A stretch of 64,000 bases of DNA, from assembly GCA_000998425.1 (NCBI GenBank), contig LCDG01000002.1, positions 35,178 through 99,177 on the forward strand, written 5' to 3'. Source of the stretch: Candidatus Nomurabacteria bacterium GW2011_GWC2_42_20 (lineage in GTDB: Bacteria > Patescibacteriota > Minisyncoccia > Phycocordibacterales > UBA1550). Numbering within the stretch: position 1 is the stretch's first letter; each line of letters begins with the position of its first letter. The notes beneath the pieces are model-generated. The model did no database searches and was not told the origin of the DNA. It was given only the letters and a program-made list of their open reading frames with translations. The translations under genes and the position numbers were made by a program. Below are positions 1 to 10,202 of the stretch, piece after piece.

Positions 1-289
1 TTATCGTTGTTATTGTCGTTGTGGCCTTGTTCCCGTCTAGAGAGATGATTTCCTGCGCATCAATCGCGTCTAAATTCATTATGCGATACATGGCGTCTTC
101 GCTTCCTGCTTCAGAGAGGTAATACGCGCCTCTTGATCTTTCAAATTCGCGAACTGTTACATACTCGCGAACAACAGGGGATGACATACCTATCGCCACT
201 GTGACGGAAATAATTACAAAAAACATGACTGCAGTGATGAGGGCTGCTCCTCTGTTCTTTGATATAAATGAATTTATTTTGTGCTTCAT
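1..289 (-). CDS. PilX-like minor pilin, second copy (5' part only, runs off window edge)
   Basis: Manual translation from ATG at 289: MKHKINSFISKNRGAALITAVMFFVIISVTVAIGMSSPVVREYVTVREFERSRGAYYLSEAGSEDAMYR...; colinear paralog of 1394-1682; not in ORF track. Confidence 0.85.
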   Translation of the reverse strand, partial: MKHKINSFISKNRGAALITAVMFFVIISVTVAIGMSSPVVREYVTVREFERSRGAYYLSEAGSEDAMYRIMNLDAIDAQEIISLDGNKATTTITTI

Positions 290-333
290 AAAATTAAGGA
301 TTGACTATCACACTCTCATCGTATCACGCATAA

Positions 334-1682
334 TTACTGACCCTCCTTCCAATCCTGTATTGTCCATGACCCACCAGGGCCAGATGTAAACAACGCATTT
401 TGTAGACCAGACTGATAGGTAATATTTGCACTGTTTGCAAGTGTAATTTTGTAGCCTGTAACCTCTCTCGCTGATGTGTTGTTCATTAGAAGGATGTCTC
501 CAAGTCGCGCGTATAAAATAACCTCACCGGTTGCGCCATCTTGCACCTCTATCGCTTCACTAATTGTTCCCAATGACGCGCCATTGTTTTCCGAAAGAAG
601 CATAATCCAAGAATTTACACCCGCGCCTTCAAAAACAGGGTTATCGTCTTTTACGTCTATAGTGCTGCTGTTAATTAGGTCACTTGGATTATCAGCAATC
701 ATCACCATGCTTAAGCCCTGTCCAGAAATGGAAGGGTCTACGCGTATAGTCAAATACCCCTCGATGTCTATATTCCCTTTAGCCCACACCGGTCCCATAA
801 GTGTAATAGTTGGAGCATCACCAGGGTCTAATGCTCCTTCAATAGACAGGTCACATTGTATTTCCACTGGACCTAGGTTTCGTGATGAGTTTATTATATA
901 TGTATACTCATACGTACCGTCCCCTTCAAGATGTGATGAGCATTCTGCTTGCGTAATCACCCCACCTGCTGTCGCAGCAGCCTCCCATGATTCTATTTGT
1001 GGACGTTGAATAGGGAGTTCTACTGGTGCTTGTGTCCCCCATGGGTAGGTGCATGAACCACGGTTTGAACCAGAGATTGTGTTACAGGTTACAGTAGTAC
1101 TTGCAATAATAGAGCTGTATATCTTGTTTGCATACATTGATGCAGTACCTCGATATTATCGGTAGCTGATGAGCCGTTGAGGCAGTTAGAGCCAGTCTTA
1201 CCACCTCCGCACACTGGACCAGTTGAGTACAGGTTGCCAGTGATTGAAGACGTAGAACTCATATACACACCACCATCACCTGCCTGCACTCCATAATTAA
1301 ACGATGCGCCACTTACTACCGTGAGTGTAGACTTCACACGACGAGTATTAAAAAGAATATCCCCGATTGAACCAATGGTCTTTTTTATTGCACTTATTGT
1401 TGTTATTGTCGTTGTGGCCTTGTTCCCGTCTAGAGAGATGACTTCCTGCGCATCAATCGCGTCTAAATTCATTATGCGATACATTGCGTCTTCGCTTCCT
1501 GCTTCAGAGAGGTAATACGCGCCTTTTGATTTTTCAAATTCCCTCACTGTCACATAGTCACGGAAAACTGAGGTTGATATCCCAGTCACCACCACAAGTG
1601 AAATAATTACAAAAAACATGACCGCCGTAATGAGGGCTGCCCCCCGTTTTTTTGCAAATAATGAATTTATTTTGTGTTTCAT
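334..1682 (-). pseudogene. PilX-like minor pilin/adhesin split by a frameshift near 1150 (ORFs 1089-1682 and 334-1137)
   Basis: N-part has RGAALITAV prepilin-like motif and AYYLSEAG-EDA PilX motif; C-part continues in another frame (GTASMYANKIY...) and ends W-x-IQDWKE; could be an assembly error. Confidence 0.65.
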
Positions 1683-1693
1683 AAAATTAAGGA

Positions 1694-2224
1694 TTAATGT
1701 GCTGATCCACGCAATACTATTGTATCATAAAACTTTGTCGTCTTTATTAATTCTGACCGGGAGTCAGTGATTGTCATTTCTATCTTTACCGCCTTTGATT
1801 TTGGTGTTGTTATCGAGCGAAATACAAGATTTGTAAAAGTTACTCCCTTTGTCACAAGAGGCCCCTTTTCTACACCACCCTCTTTAAGCCTAAGCTGGTT
1901 TCCTGCATCCACGTAAAACTCCATAGTCGTATTGTTGCCACCTGAATCTTTTGTATTAAGGGTAAGTCTCCCAGGACTTGTACCAAAAGTACTCTGCGCC
2001 GAATCAATATCGTACGCATTACGGATTTCACGACCCATTCGCTCTAGCGCGACTGTAGCCGACTGGTTTAAGTTTTGAGTAAGACGCAGAGAGTAAAAAG
2101 ATTTCATCACCATAATGGTCGCATTCACAGCAAGAACTGAGAGTATAGTAAAAAATGCGACATAAATAATCATTTCAACGAGCGTGAATCCGGTGTGTTT
2201 GGAATGATGATTGTTGAATTTCAT
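1694..2224 (-). CDS. Minor pilin (PilW-like), prepilin N-terminal methylation motif
   Basis: GFTLVEMIIY class III signal peptide; ERMGREIRNA helix typical of PilW/GspJ-like proteins. Confidence 0.85.
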   Translation of the reverse strand: MKFNNHHSKHTGFTLVEMIIYVAFFTILSVLAVNATIMVMKSFYSLRLTQNLNQSATVALERMGREIRNAYDIDSAQSTFGTSPGRLTLNTKDSGGNNTTMEFYVDAGNQLRLKEGGVEKGPLVTKGVTFTNLVFRSITTPKSKAVKIEMTITDSRSELIKTTKFYDTIVLRGSAH

Positions 2225-2225
2225 A

Positions 2226-2717
2226 TCAATTATTAAAAATATTTACTACATATGCCTTTACAGCGCGTGTTGTTGTCCCTGCAATAGGGCTACTCCAGGC
2301 TACTGACATTGTAACAAGCTTGATGTCGGGATCATATGTCCCAGAGGATGAAATATCACTGTTTGCGTCCCTCTTTACATCAGTAAGTGTGAATTTACGC
2401 TCAAACTTACCATCAATAAAAGTGTTTGTTGTCGTTGTTGCCCATGTTGTGCCATTCCATGTTAAATAATATGTAGTGGTTGTAGACATATTTTTAAAAT
2501 AATTTGTGTAACCAGTGTCACGAAAGAGCTTCATTGTTTCCATTCCCTCCTCAAGAAGATAGTCGCCTTGGACCAAGGATTGTGTAATGCCACTCGTACG
2601 CAATGTTGATTGAAAAAAATTTGATATACCCAATAGTGCCACCGAGAGAACAGCAGAACCGATGATCATTTCTATTAAACCGAAACCGCTGGTATAGATT
2701 TTTGTTTTATGATTCAT
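2226..2717 (-). CDS. Minor pilin (PilV-like)
   Basis: GFGLIEMIIG prepilin motif; C-terminal KLVTMSVAW strand; position in pilus operon. Confidence 0.8.
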   Translation of the reverse strand: MNHKTKIYTSGFGLIEMIIGSAVLSVALLGISNFFQSTLRTSGITQSLVQGDYLLEEGMETMKLFRDTGYTNYFKNMSTTTTYYLTWNGTTWATTTTNTFIDGKFERKFTLTDVKRDANSDISSSGTYDPDIKLVTMSVAWSSPIAGTTTRAVKAYVVNIFNN

Positions 2718-2725
2718 AGTTTTGT

Positions 2726-3259
2726 CTAATTGATCGTTACAATACCTGTTGGAAGAACCAATATTGTCGTACTCGATGTAGTGCCAACAACCAATAGAGT
2801 TGTTGTTGCATTTTGACTTGTTGCGCCAGTGATTTTTTCAAAAAGAAGCTCTGATCCGCCACCATTTATAACGATTGGTGACAAAATAACAGCAGTATCA
2901 AACACATGTTCCTCATTTGTAGTTGCACTAGGAGAATATGTATCACCCTGGAAAAGAACCACCTTCCCAGCCTCAAAATGAACCCCAAATTGATCATCAT
3001 ACTTTGACGATACAGAGAGTATGCGCGCTCGGTTAATTATAGAAACTAGCTCCTGCGATTCAGTGTTCAAAAGACTGCTTCGTCTAAAGTTTGTAAAAGA
3101 TGGCAGTATGGTCGCCAAAATAACCCCCATGATAGCTATCACAATCAGTAACTCGAGGGCGGTAAAACCACGACGAACCGAATATTGAATATTGAATGTT
3201 GAATGTTGAATTGCTGGCATTTCAACTTCCTGTCTTGTATTTTTTATTCTATATTCCAT
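2726..3259 (-). CDS. Minor pilin (FimT/GspH-like)
   Basis: RRGFTALELLIV prepilin motif; leader peptide partly encoded by heptamer repeats; start uncertain. Confidence 0.8.
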   Translation of the reverse strand: MEYRIKNTRQEVEMPAIQHSTFNIQYSVRRGFTALELLIVIAIMGVILATILPSFTNFRRSSLLNTESQELVSIINRARILSVSSKYDDQFGVHFEAGKVVLFQGDTYSPSATTNEEHVFDTAVILSPIVINGGGSELLFEKITGATSQNATTTLLVVGTTSSTTILVLPTGIVTIN

Positions 3260-3273
3260 ATTCTATATTCTAC
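3180..3273. repeat. Inverted degenerate heptamer arrays (GAATRTT-type facing TTCYATA-type)
   Basis: gaatattgaatattgaatgttgaatgttgaat ... tattctatattccatattctatattctac. Confidence 0.8.
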
Positions 3274-3275
3274 AC

Positions 3276-4496
3276 TTAAATATTGCTCATTACTGAATAC
3301 ATTGGAGAGATCATCGATATCGCAAAAAATCCAACCGCGCCTCCAATGAACACCATAAGGAGCGGTTCAATAACAGTAGACATGTTTTTTGTCGCCTCAC
3401 TAACCTCATTTTCATAAAACAGAGCGAGATTAAGCAACATCTCTGAAAGCTTGCCTGTCTCCTCGCCAACTTCAACCATGTCACCAACCAATAACGGGTA
3501 AATATCATTTCCCATAAATGATGATGAAAGTGGTTTACCTTTTTGTACACTCTCGGCTGCGACATTCATCACCTCTTTATAGTATGAATTTTGCAAAACA
3601 TCCTTCGTTATATTTATTGCCTCTACCATATCAACACCAGAAGCAAGAAGCGACGACAATGTGCGCGCAGTACGAGCAGAATTTGATTGACGAACAAGGT
3701 CTCCAACAACTGGCAAACGAAATGACACCTTTTCAAAAGCTCGACGTCCACCCTTTGTACGAAGAAGCATTATAAAGGCGGTAATAATGCCAATGATCCC
3801 AACGATTCCCAACAAAAGGTTGTTTGTAAGAAAATCAGAGATCCACATAATAATCTTTGTGCTTGTCGGGAGCTCTGTGTTCAGCTCTTTAAATGTTGCA
3901 GCGAGGGTAGGCACGACATAAATGAACATCAGCACACCAATGATAAAGAGTGTTGCAATAACCACCGTAGGGTATATCAGCGCGCCTTTTATTTTCTTCT
4001 TCAATAAGTAGCTCTTTTCAAGCTGGTCTCCGATAACAAGAAGTGATTCTGAAAGTCCACCAGACTCCTCTCCTGCGCGAACCATTGAAACAAAGATTGG
4101 TGAAAAAACTTTTGGGAATTTTGCCATTCCAGCAGAAAGCGTTGACCCCTTGCCAATCTCATCAATCAGAGTTTTTAACGTTTTTTTGAGGGCTGGATTT
4201 TTTGTTTGTCGTTCTTGAATAGATATACCACGAGACAACGACAGCCCTGCTTTCATCATTGAGCTTAGGTTGTGCGCAAATACGATTAACTCTTGTACCT
4301 TTACACGAGAGAGTTTCTCGTTTATCGTGTCCATGTTTATGTTAAAAGTAAGTCCAGTTTTTACTTCCTCTACCGATATCACTGTTTTGCCAGCGCTTCT
4401 CAAATCAGCAGCAACAGTAAAACGATCTGCGCCTTCAACCTCTCCTGTTGCGTCTTCGCCGGATAGTTCTCGTACTTTATATTTAAATTTTGCCAT
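3276..4496 (-). CDS. pilC: Type IV pilus inner-membrane platform protein (PilC/GspF family)
   Basis: Two T2SSF repeats (SMVRAGEESG; MVEVGEETGKL), IEPLLMV motif. Confidence 0.95.
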   Translation of the reverse strand: MAKFKYKVRELSGEDATGEVEGADRFTVAADLRSAGKTVISVEEVKTGLTFNINMDTINEKLSRVKVQELIVFAHNLSSMMKAGLSLSRGISIQERQTKNPALKKTLKTLIDEIGKGSTLSAGMAKFPKVFSPIFVSMVRAGEESGGLSESLLVIGDQLEKSYLLKKKIKGALIYPTVVIATLFIIGVLMFIYVVPTLAATFKELNTELPTSTKIIMWISDFLTNNLLLGIVGIIGIITAFIMLLRTKGGRRAFEKVSFRLPVVGDLVRQSNSARTARTLSSLLASGVDMVEAINITKDVLQNSYYKEVMNVAAESVQKGKPLSSSFMGNDIYPLLVGDMVEVGEETGKLSEMLLNLALFYENEVSEATKNMSTVIEPLLMVFIGGAVGFFAISMISPMYSVMSNI

Positions 4497-4612
4497 TGTT
4501 CTTAATAGTATACCAACAAAAAAGTTTGGCGACTAGAAGAATTGATAAATTCAACCAACGGCTCATTCCCGCCAATTTGAGCCTTGGATTCCGGCACACA
4601 TCCTCAGAGCGA

Positions 4613-4709
4613 GCTAAATTGCTTTTTAGGGGGTTGTGAGTGTGTCGACACGAAACAGTTCAGACTTTTTAAAGCTTCAAAAAAGTCGTACCCTAAAAAG
4701 CAATTTAGC
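4613..4709. repeat. Palindromic intergenic element with 19-bp arms and internal hairpins
   Basis: gctaaattgctttttaggg ... ccctaaaaagcaatttagc, flanked by GAGCGA and GAGCG. Confidence 0.75.
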
Positions 4710-4718
4710 GAGCGTCCC

Positions 4719-6467
4719 TTACTCCGACACCACGCGAAGCACCTCCTCTATCGTCGTAACTCCCTGCATTGATTTTATGATTCCATCTTCAAGCATCGTT
4801 GTCATACCCTCCTTCTTTGCCTGAACCTCGATCTCTGTGGCTGTGGCACCTTTAATAATGAGCTCGCGTATAGCTGGCGACATTTTCATTACTTCATGAA
4901 TACCGACGCGTCCCTTGTACCCATCCTCGCTCTCTGAAGATTTTTTAGGGCGATAAAAAGGCACGTCTTTCCATTCATCTGTTGGCGCTATAAGTTTTTC
5001 TTCTTTCAAAACATTTATTATCCGGTCTAGGTCTACGGATTTCCCCAGTATTTCAACCTCTTCCTGACTCAGAAAATATTTTTCTTTTACACTGCAAAGG
5101 CGTCGCACGAGACGCTGCCCAATAATTACATTAACTGTTGAGACAATAAGAAATGCCTCTATGTCCATATCAAGAAGGCGTGGCATTGTTGCAGCAGCTG
5201 AGTTGGTGTGCAGTGTCGAAAGCACGAGATGCCCTGTGAGTGCCGCATTGACTGCAAGAGATGCAGTTTCTGTATCACGGATTTCGCCGACCATAATAAT
5301 GTCTGGGTCTTGACGGACAAGAGAACGAAGTCCATTCGCAAAAGTAAGCCCGATTTCTGATTTAACTTGCGTTTGGTTAACGCGAGTCATTTGATATTCA
5401 ATAGGATCTTCAATTGTAGATATGTTCACGTCTGGTGTGTTTAAAATATCCAAAATCGTATACAACGTTGTAGTCTTACCAGAGCCGGTGGGCCCAGTTG
5501 TTAATATCATTCCAACTCGCTGTTTTGTCGCTTCATAAATACGCTCAAGTCCAAGACCGTGAAAACCGAGACTTTCTAGAGAAAAGCCAGACACTGATTC
5601 TCGGAGAAGACGCATAACTGTTTTTTCCCCAAAATAAACTGGTAATATAGACACACGAAATGCGACCTTTTCACCAGCGGATTCTATTTTAAAACGTCCG
5701 TCTTGTGGGAGTCGCTTTTCATCAAGTTTAAGATTTGCTAGAACCTTGATGCGCGCGACGATGCCAGACGCAGCAGTTTTTGGAAGCGTCATTGCATCAT
5801 GCAGGAGACCGTCGATACGATAGCGAATAACCACCTGCGTGTCCAATGGTTCAATATGAATATCAGAAGCACCTTGTGTAATAGCATGACTCAATAGTGA
5901 ATCTACTATTTTTACAACAGGTAGATCCTCAGCAAGTTTTTTCAGATCATCCTCACTTTGAGGTTCCGCACCGGCTGTAGCTGCTTTTAGTGTGCCTGAT
6001 TCTTTTTCAATAATATCGCCGAACTCGGCCTTTAGGCTCCTTTGATATTGCAAGAGCATTCCTTTAATTGATTCTTCGTCAGTAAGTCTTGGGAGAATTT
6101 TTAATCCGACTTTCTTTTTAACAAAATCTATCGCGGTAAGGTCATCTGTATCGAGCATCGCAACCTCGAGGGCTGTAGGTGTCTTCTTGAATGCGATAAT
6201 ATTATGCTTTCTCGCAATTGGTTCAGGGATAAGAGAAAGGACATCAAACTCAACCTTCTGAGTTTTCAGATTAACAAACGGGATACCAAGAATATACGCT
6301 TCAGTACGACGAAGGTCATCATCAGAAAGTTTCCCTTCGGAAACAAGCATATCACCAAGGTATGTCTTCTTTTCTTCAGCTCGTTTTGCAACTTCATCTA
6401 GTTCCGTGCGTGGCACAAGCCCAGAGTCTGCAATAAAATCTTTAAGTTGTTTGTTGTTGACGGTCAT
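4719..6467 (-). CDS. pilB: Type IV pilus assembly ATPase (PilB/GspE family)
   Basis: ASDIHIEP, RLPQDG, Walker A GPTGSGKTT, TIEDPIE, RQDPDIIMVGEIRD, TGHLVLSTLH. Confidence 0.95.
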   Translation of the reverse strand: MTVNNKQLKDFIADSGLVPRTELDEVAKRAEEKKTYLGDMLVSEGKLSDDDLRRTEAYILGIPFVNLKTQKVEFDVLSLIPEPIARKHNIIAFKKTPTALEVAMLDTDDLTAIDFVKKKVGLKILPRLTDEESIKGMLLQYQRSLKAEFGDIIEKESGTLKAATAGAEPQSEDDLKKLAEDLPVVKIVDSLLSHAITQGASDIHIEPLDTQVVIRYRIDGLLHDAMTLPKTAASGIVARIKVLANLKLDEKRLPQDGRFKIESAGEKVAFRVSILPVYFGEKTVMRLLRESVSGFSLESLGFHGLGLERIYEATKQRVGMILTTGPTGSGKTTTLYTILDILNTPDVNISTIEDPIEYQMTRVNQTQVKSEIGLTFANGLRSLVRQDPDIIMVGEIRDTETASLAVNAALTGHLVLSTLHTNSAAATMPRLLDMDIEAFLIVSTVNVIIGQRLVRRLCSVKEKYFLSQEEVEILGKSVDLDRIINVLKEEKLIAPTDEWKDVPFYRPKKSSESEDGYKGRVGIHEVMKMSPAIRELIIKGATATEIEVQAKKEGMTTMLEDGIIKSMQGVTTIEEVLRVVSE

Positions 6468-6616
6468 GAAGGTTAATGGAATTTAGGATTACAAATTAGT
6501 ATCATAATTTTCTAAATTCTATATTCTACCAATCTAGTATAGCAAATATATTAATACATAGCTGTGTAAAACTAAAAAGAAAAGGCGACATCACTGTCGC
6601 CTTTGTTTATTTATTT

Positions 6617-6874
6617 TTAGTGGTGCGGTTCGATATACTCAACTGCAACCACTGAGCTAGTGTGAATACTGCCCAGCATCATCCTATGCCCGAGCTCGAG
6701 GTATACATCGCGCCCAGTGACGCTTTCATCAACTGAAACCCGCTTGGATGGCTTTATTGTTTCAATTTTTGTGGCTTTGTATAAAACGACACCTCCATCG
6801 CAAATTGGCTCAACTCTGTATACAGAGTTTTTTGTATGGACATTCATTGGTTCAACAACCTTTATGCGTGCCAT
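6617..6874 (-). CDS. Small hypothetical protein in a stand-alone cassette
   Basis: AGGAGG SD; TTGACT-17-TACTTT promoter upstream; hairpin terminator aaaggcgaca-tcac-tgtcgccttt downstream. Confidence 0.7.
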   Translation of the reverse strand: MARIKVVEPMNVHTKNSVYRVEPICDGGVVLYKATKIETIKPSKRVSVDESVTGRDVYLELGHRMMLGSIHTSSVVAVEYIEPHH

Positions 6875-6976
6875 AATAATCCTCCTATTTTCAAATATTT
6901 AAAAATAACAAATAAATTTCTAAATTCAACATACAATACTTCTCACAAAGTACCACTTTTAAAAATAAAGTCAAGT

Positions 6977-7041
6977 TTGACATACTGTAATGATTTAGTA
7001 TAGTGAGTGGGTTAATGTCCGTCCCGAAAGCGGGCTTTTTT
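6977..7041 (+). promoter_or_regulatory. nusA promoter and leader attenuator-like hairpin
   Basis: TTGACA ... TATAGT, then GAGTGGG and a hairpin gtccgt-cccgaaa-gcgggc with a T-run, reminiscent of the rimP/nusA leader terminator. Confidence 0.5.
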
Positions 7042-7158
7042 ATTAGCGACGCAGACGAATTAGCAAATTCGCGTCTTGGACGAAGATGAAACAGAAAGTA
7101 ATCACTTTCTCATTTCCGAGCCGACACGTAAGTCAATTTGCTAATTGAGGAGCTAATA
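7041..7158 (+). repeat. Palindromic element family A, copy 1
   Basis: TATTAGC...GCTAATA outer stem, GAATT-AGCA-AATTC hairpin; homologous to the reverse complement of 61061-61176. Confidence 0.85.
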
Positions 7159-7192
7159 TTTATTAATATTAGAAAAATCACCAGAAAATATC

Positions 7193-8491
7193 ATGTTAGA
7201 CTTAAAAACACTAGGGTCAGCACTTGAACAACTCGAATCAGAGCGTGGCATTCCTCGTGCAAAAATTATCGAGGCAATAGAGCAAGCTCTCGCGGCGGCA
7301 TATAAAAAAGACTTCGGTAAAAAGGGTCAAATAGTGCGCGCTGTTTTTGATATAAATTCTGGCAAGACAGAGTTCATCCAGGTCAAAATCGTTGTTGACG
7401 AGCAAGCAGTACGCATGCCAGAAGACACAGACGAGGAAGCGGATGCAAAAGAAAAAGCTCTCAACGCAAATGTTTCAGAAGGTGAGGAAATTTCACTACG
7501 ACGGTTCAGTCCTGAACACGATATTCTCCTTGCAGATGCTCGCAGGATCAAGCGTGATGCTGTTTCTGGTGATGAGGTAATTTTCCCACTTGAAGCGCAA
7601 GAGGACTATGGCCGCATTGCAGCGCAGACTGCAAAACAGGTGATTATTCAGCGTATTCGCGAGGCAGAGAAAGTGTCTATTGTTGGCGAGTATGGTGGAA
7701 AGGTTGGCGATATAGTACAAGGATCCGTGCAGAGAATGGAGCGTGGTAACATTTTTGTTGACCTAGGAAAGACAACAGGTCTCCTTGCATACGAAGATCA
7801 GATTCCTAGCGAAAGATACAAGCAGGGCGAACGTATTAGCGCATATTTATACAAGGTTGAAGAAACTCCACGTGGAATAGATGTACGCCTTTCTAGAGCG
7901 CATCCAAAGATGATTGAAAAACTCTTTGCCCAAGAAGCGCCAGAGGTTGCAACGGGAACTGTACAGATAAAAGCGGTTGCCAGAGAGGCTGGATCACGCG
8001 CAAAAGTTGCGGTGGCTTCAAGCGACGAGCATATCGACCCGATTGGCTCATGTGTTGGACAGCGCGGAGTTCGTGTTTCAACTGTGATGAGCGAGCTTGG
8101 TGGTGAAAAAATTGACCTCATTGTATGGTCAGAAGATGCAAAAAAGTTTATTGAGGACTCGCTTTCCCCAGCACAGGTTCAGTCAGTTGTACTCGACGAA
8201 GAGAAACACCAAGCAACCGTAGCAGTTTCTGCCGACCAGCAATCACTTGCTATTGGTCGTGGAGGTCAAAACGTGCGTCTTGCTGCAAAGCTCACTGGGT
8301 GGAAGCTCGATATCGTTGGTCTTCCTGGTGAAATTGTAGCAGAAGCGACAGCAGACGGCGCGGTTACTATCGAAAAGGCAACTCCTGAATCAGCAGACGG
8401 GTCAGCAGAGCCGCTTCTGGAAGCACGTCTGGACGCTGAAGGACTTAGGGTTGTAGAAGAAGGAGCAAATGCCCCTACAGATGCGGAGTAA
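7193..8491 (+). CDS. nusA: Transcription termination/antitermination factor NusA
   Basis: GRIAAQTAKQVIIQ, S1 domain, AREAGSRAKVAV, CVGQRG and AIGRGGQNVRLA KH motifs. Confidence 0.97.
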   Translation: MLDLKTLGSALEQLESERGIPRAKIIEAIEQALAAAYKKDFGKKGQIVRAVFDINSGKTEFIQVKIVVDEQAVRMPEDTDEEADAKEKALNANVSEGEEISLRRFSPEHDILLADARRIKRDAVSGDEVIFPLEAQEDYGRIAAQTAKQVIIQRIREAEKVSIVGEYGGKVGDIVQGSVQRMERGNIFVDLGKTTGLLAYEDQIPSERYKQGERISAYLYKVEETPRGIDVRLSRAHPKMIEKLFAQEAPEVATGTVQIKAVAREAGSRAKVAVASSDEHIDPIGSCVGQRGVRVSTVMSELGGEKIDLIVWSEDAKKFIEDSLSPAQVQSVVLDEEKHQATVAVSADQQSLAIGRGGQNVRLAAKLTGWKLDIVGLPGEIVAEATADGAVTIEKATPESADGSAEPLLEARLDAEGLRVVEEGANAPTDAE

Positions 8492-8515
8492 TTATTCATT
8501 TTAATTCAACCCCCT

Positions 8516-9052
8516 ATGAAAATGAACTTATGGCACGATGTTTCTCTTGGTGAAAACGCTCCTGAGGAAATTAATGTAATAGTTGAGATACCAAAAGGCT
8601 CAAAGAACAAGTACGAGATTGACAAGGAGACAGGCCTCATCGCTCTCGATCGCGCTCTTCACACAGCGCAGGACTACCCTTTTGATTATGGGTTTGTACC
8701 ACAAACACTATGGGACGATGGAGACGCCCTCGATGTGGTGTTGCTCACGACATACCCACTGTACCCCGGTATCCTTGTAAACGCTCGCCCTGTTGCCATT
8801 ATGCATATGACAGACTCTGGTGAAGGCGACGATAAGGTTATTGCCGTGCCTGTAGGTGATCCACGCTGGTCGGATGTAAAAGACCTAGCGGACATCAACA
8901 AGCACACACTCAAGGAAATGGAACATTTCTTCACAACCTATAAAAAGATTCAAAATAAGGTAGTTGAGGTCTCTGGATTTGATGGAGTAAGGGAAGCGCG
9001 CGAAGCTGTTACGAAGAGTATTAATTTGTACAAAAAAGAGTTTAGTAAGTAG
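8516..9052 (+). CDS. ppa: Inorganic pyrophosphatase (family I)
   Basis: VEIPKGS-NKYE, YPFDYGFVPQT, DGDALDV, DDKVIAV, HFFTTYK. Confidence 0.96.
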   Translation: MKMNLWHDVSLGENAPEEINVIVEIPKGSKNKYEIDKETGLIALDRALHTAQDYPFDYGFVPQTLWDDGDALDVVLLTTYPLYPGILVNARPVAIMHMTDSGEGDDKVIAVPVGDPRWSDVKDLADINKHTLKEMEHFFTTYKKIQNKVVEVSGFDGVREAREAVTKSINLYKKEFSK

Positions 9053-9054
9053 GA

Positions 9055-9102
9055 ATAGGTAAAGCCCCAACCGTTCGGCCGAACGGTTGGGGCTTTACCT
9101 AT
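9055..9102. terminator. Perfect 48-bp loopless palindrome after ppa
   Basis: ATAGGTAAAGCCCCAACCGTTCGG|CCGAACGGTTGGGGCTTTACCTAT. Confidence 0.75.
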
Positions 9103-9215
9103 ATACACCTCCTTCTATTGTATAGAGGAACAGCCTCTTATATACTATATAGGCGTATGGGAGAATTGTTTAGATTATTAGTAAGCCATATACTGTGGCA
9201 TTTTAAAATAGAATT

Positions 9216-10172
9216 ATGAATAAAAAGATTAACATCGCGCTTATCGCACTCATGGCATTCAGCGCGGGAGCAGTAAGCGCAGAAACAAATAGTGATGCCG
9301 TTGTCTGTACAGCAGACGCAAAAGTATGCCCTGATGGGACATCCGTTGGTAGAACAGGTCCAAACTGTGAATTTGTTTGCGGTTGGACAACAGCAGGTAC
9401 AATAACCAGCAACATTCCAACATTCACCGCAGAGGATAAAATGCGTGGGTGGTACTACGGTGACAAGAATCAAAGGAAGCCAGGCACCCCAGAAAATTGG
9501 CTAGTTCGCAACGCAGGAACACGAAGCGCACAGTGGTATTATCCGGGATTTACATCAACAAAACCAATTGATACTACCAATTTGCCACAAAAGCCAGCGA
9601 TTGGAGTTCCTCCAATCCCCCGCCCAGAAATCCGTAAGGATGGCATAAATAATCGCGAAGAAATGGAGTCGCGCGCAAAAGCTCTCCGTGCTTCAACAAC
9701 AGCTGCTAACCAAAAAATAAAGGACGTGGCGCAGAAAAAGCGTATTGAAGTAGCGCGCAAGCAAACTGAGATTGTAAACAAGCGTTTGGAAGCAGCAATA
9801 GATCGTGTACAAAAACTTTCTGACCGTGTTTCAGAAAAGCTAAATAGCCTCGAAAAAGAAGGCGTTGATGTAAGTGTTTCACGTTCGCATATCGCAGATG
9901 CAAAAACGAAACTTGATGAAGCTCGCATAAAAGCAGCTACCTTAAAACTCACAATTGAAACAGCATTCGCAAATGTAATAGCAAATGTATCGTCAACCAC
10001 AACACTAGGCACCGCACCCAAAAATGCTATGAAGGATGTTCAGGAAGCCGTAAAAGAAGTTGCGAAGGTAATTCAAGAAGCTCACAAGCATGTTGCTCTC
10101 TCTATTTCAACAGTAAAGCCTGGCCAGAACAAGCCTCGCCCAGCAGCCACAAGCGCAACAACTACTCAGTAG
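9216..10172 (+). CDS. Secreted protein: signal peptide, small Cys-rich module, Trp-rich module, long coiled coil
   Basis: Signal peptide; CTADAKVCPDGTSVGRTGPNCEFVC; RGWYYG...KPGTPENW; helical C-terminal half. Confidence 0.8.
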   Translation: MNKKINIALIALMAFSAGAVSAETNSDAVVCTADAKVCPDGTSVGRTGPNCEFVCGWTTAGTITSNIPTFTAEDKMRGWYYGDKNQRKPGTPENWLVRNAGTRSAQWYYPGFTSTKPIDTTNLPQKPAIGVPPIPRPEIRKDGINNREEMESRAKALRASTTAANQKIKDVAQKKRIEVARKQTEIVNKRLEAAIDRVQKLSDRVSEKLNSLEKEGVDVSVSRSHIADAKTKLDEARIKAATLKLTIETAFANVIANVSSTTTLGTAPKNAMKDVQEAVKEVAKVIQEAHKHVALSISTVKPGQNKPRPAATSATTTQ

Positions 10173-10202
10173 GAATTATTAGCTGAACTAATAAACACAA
10201 AT

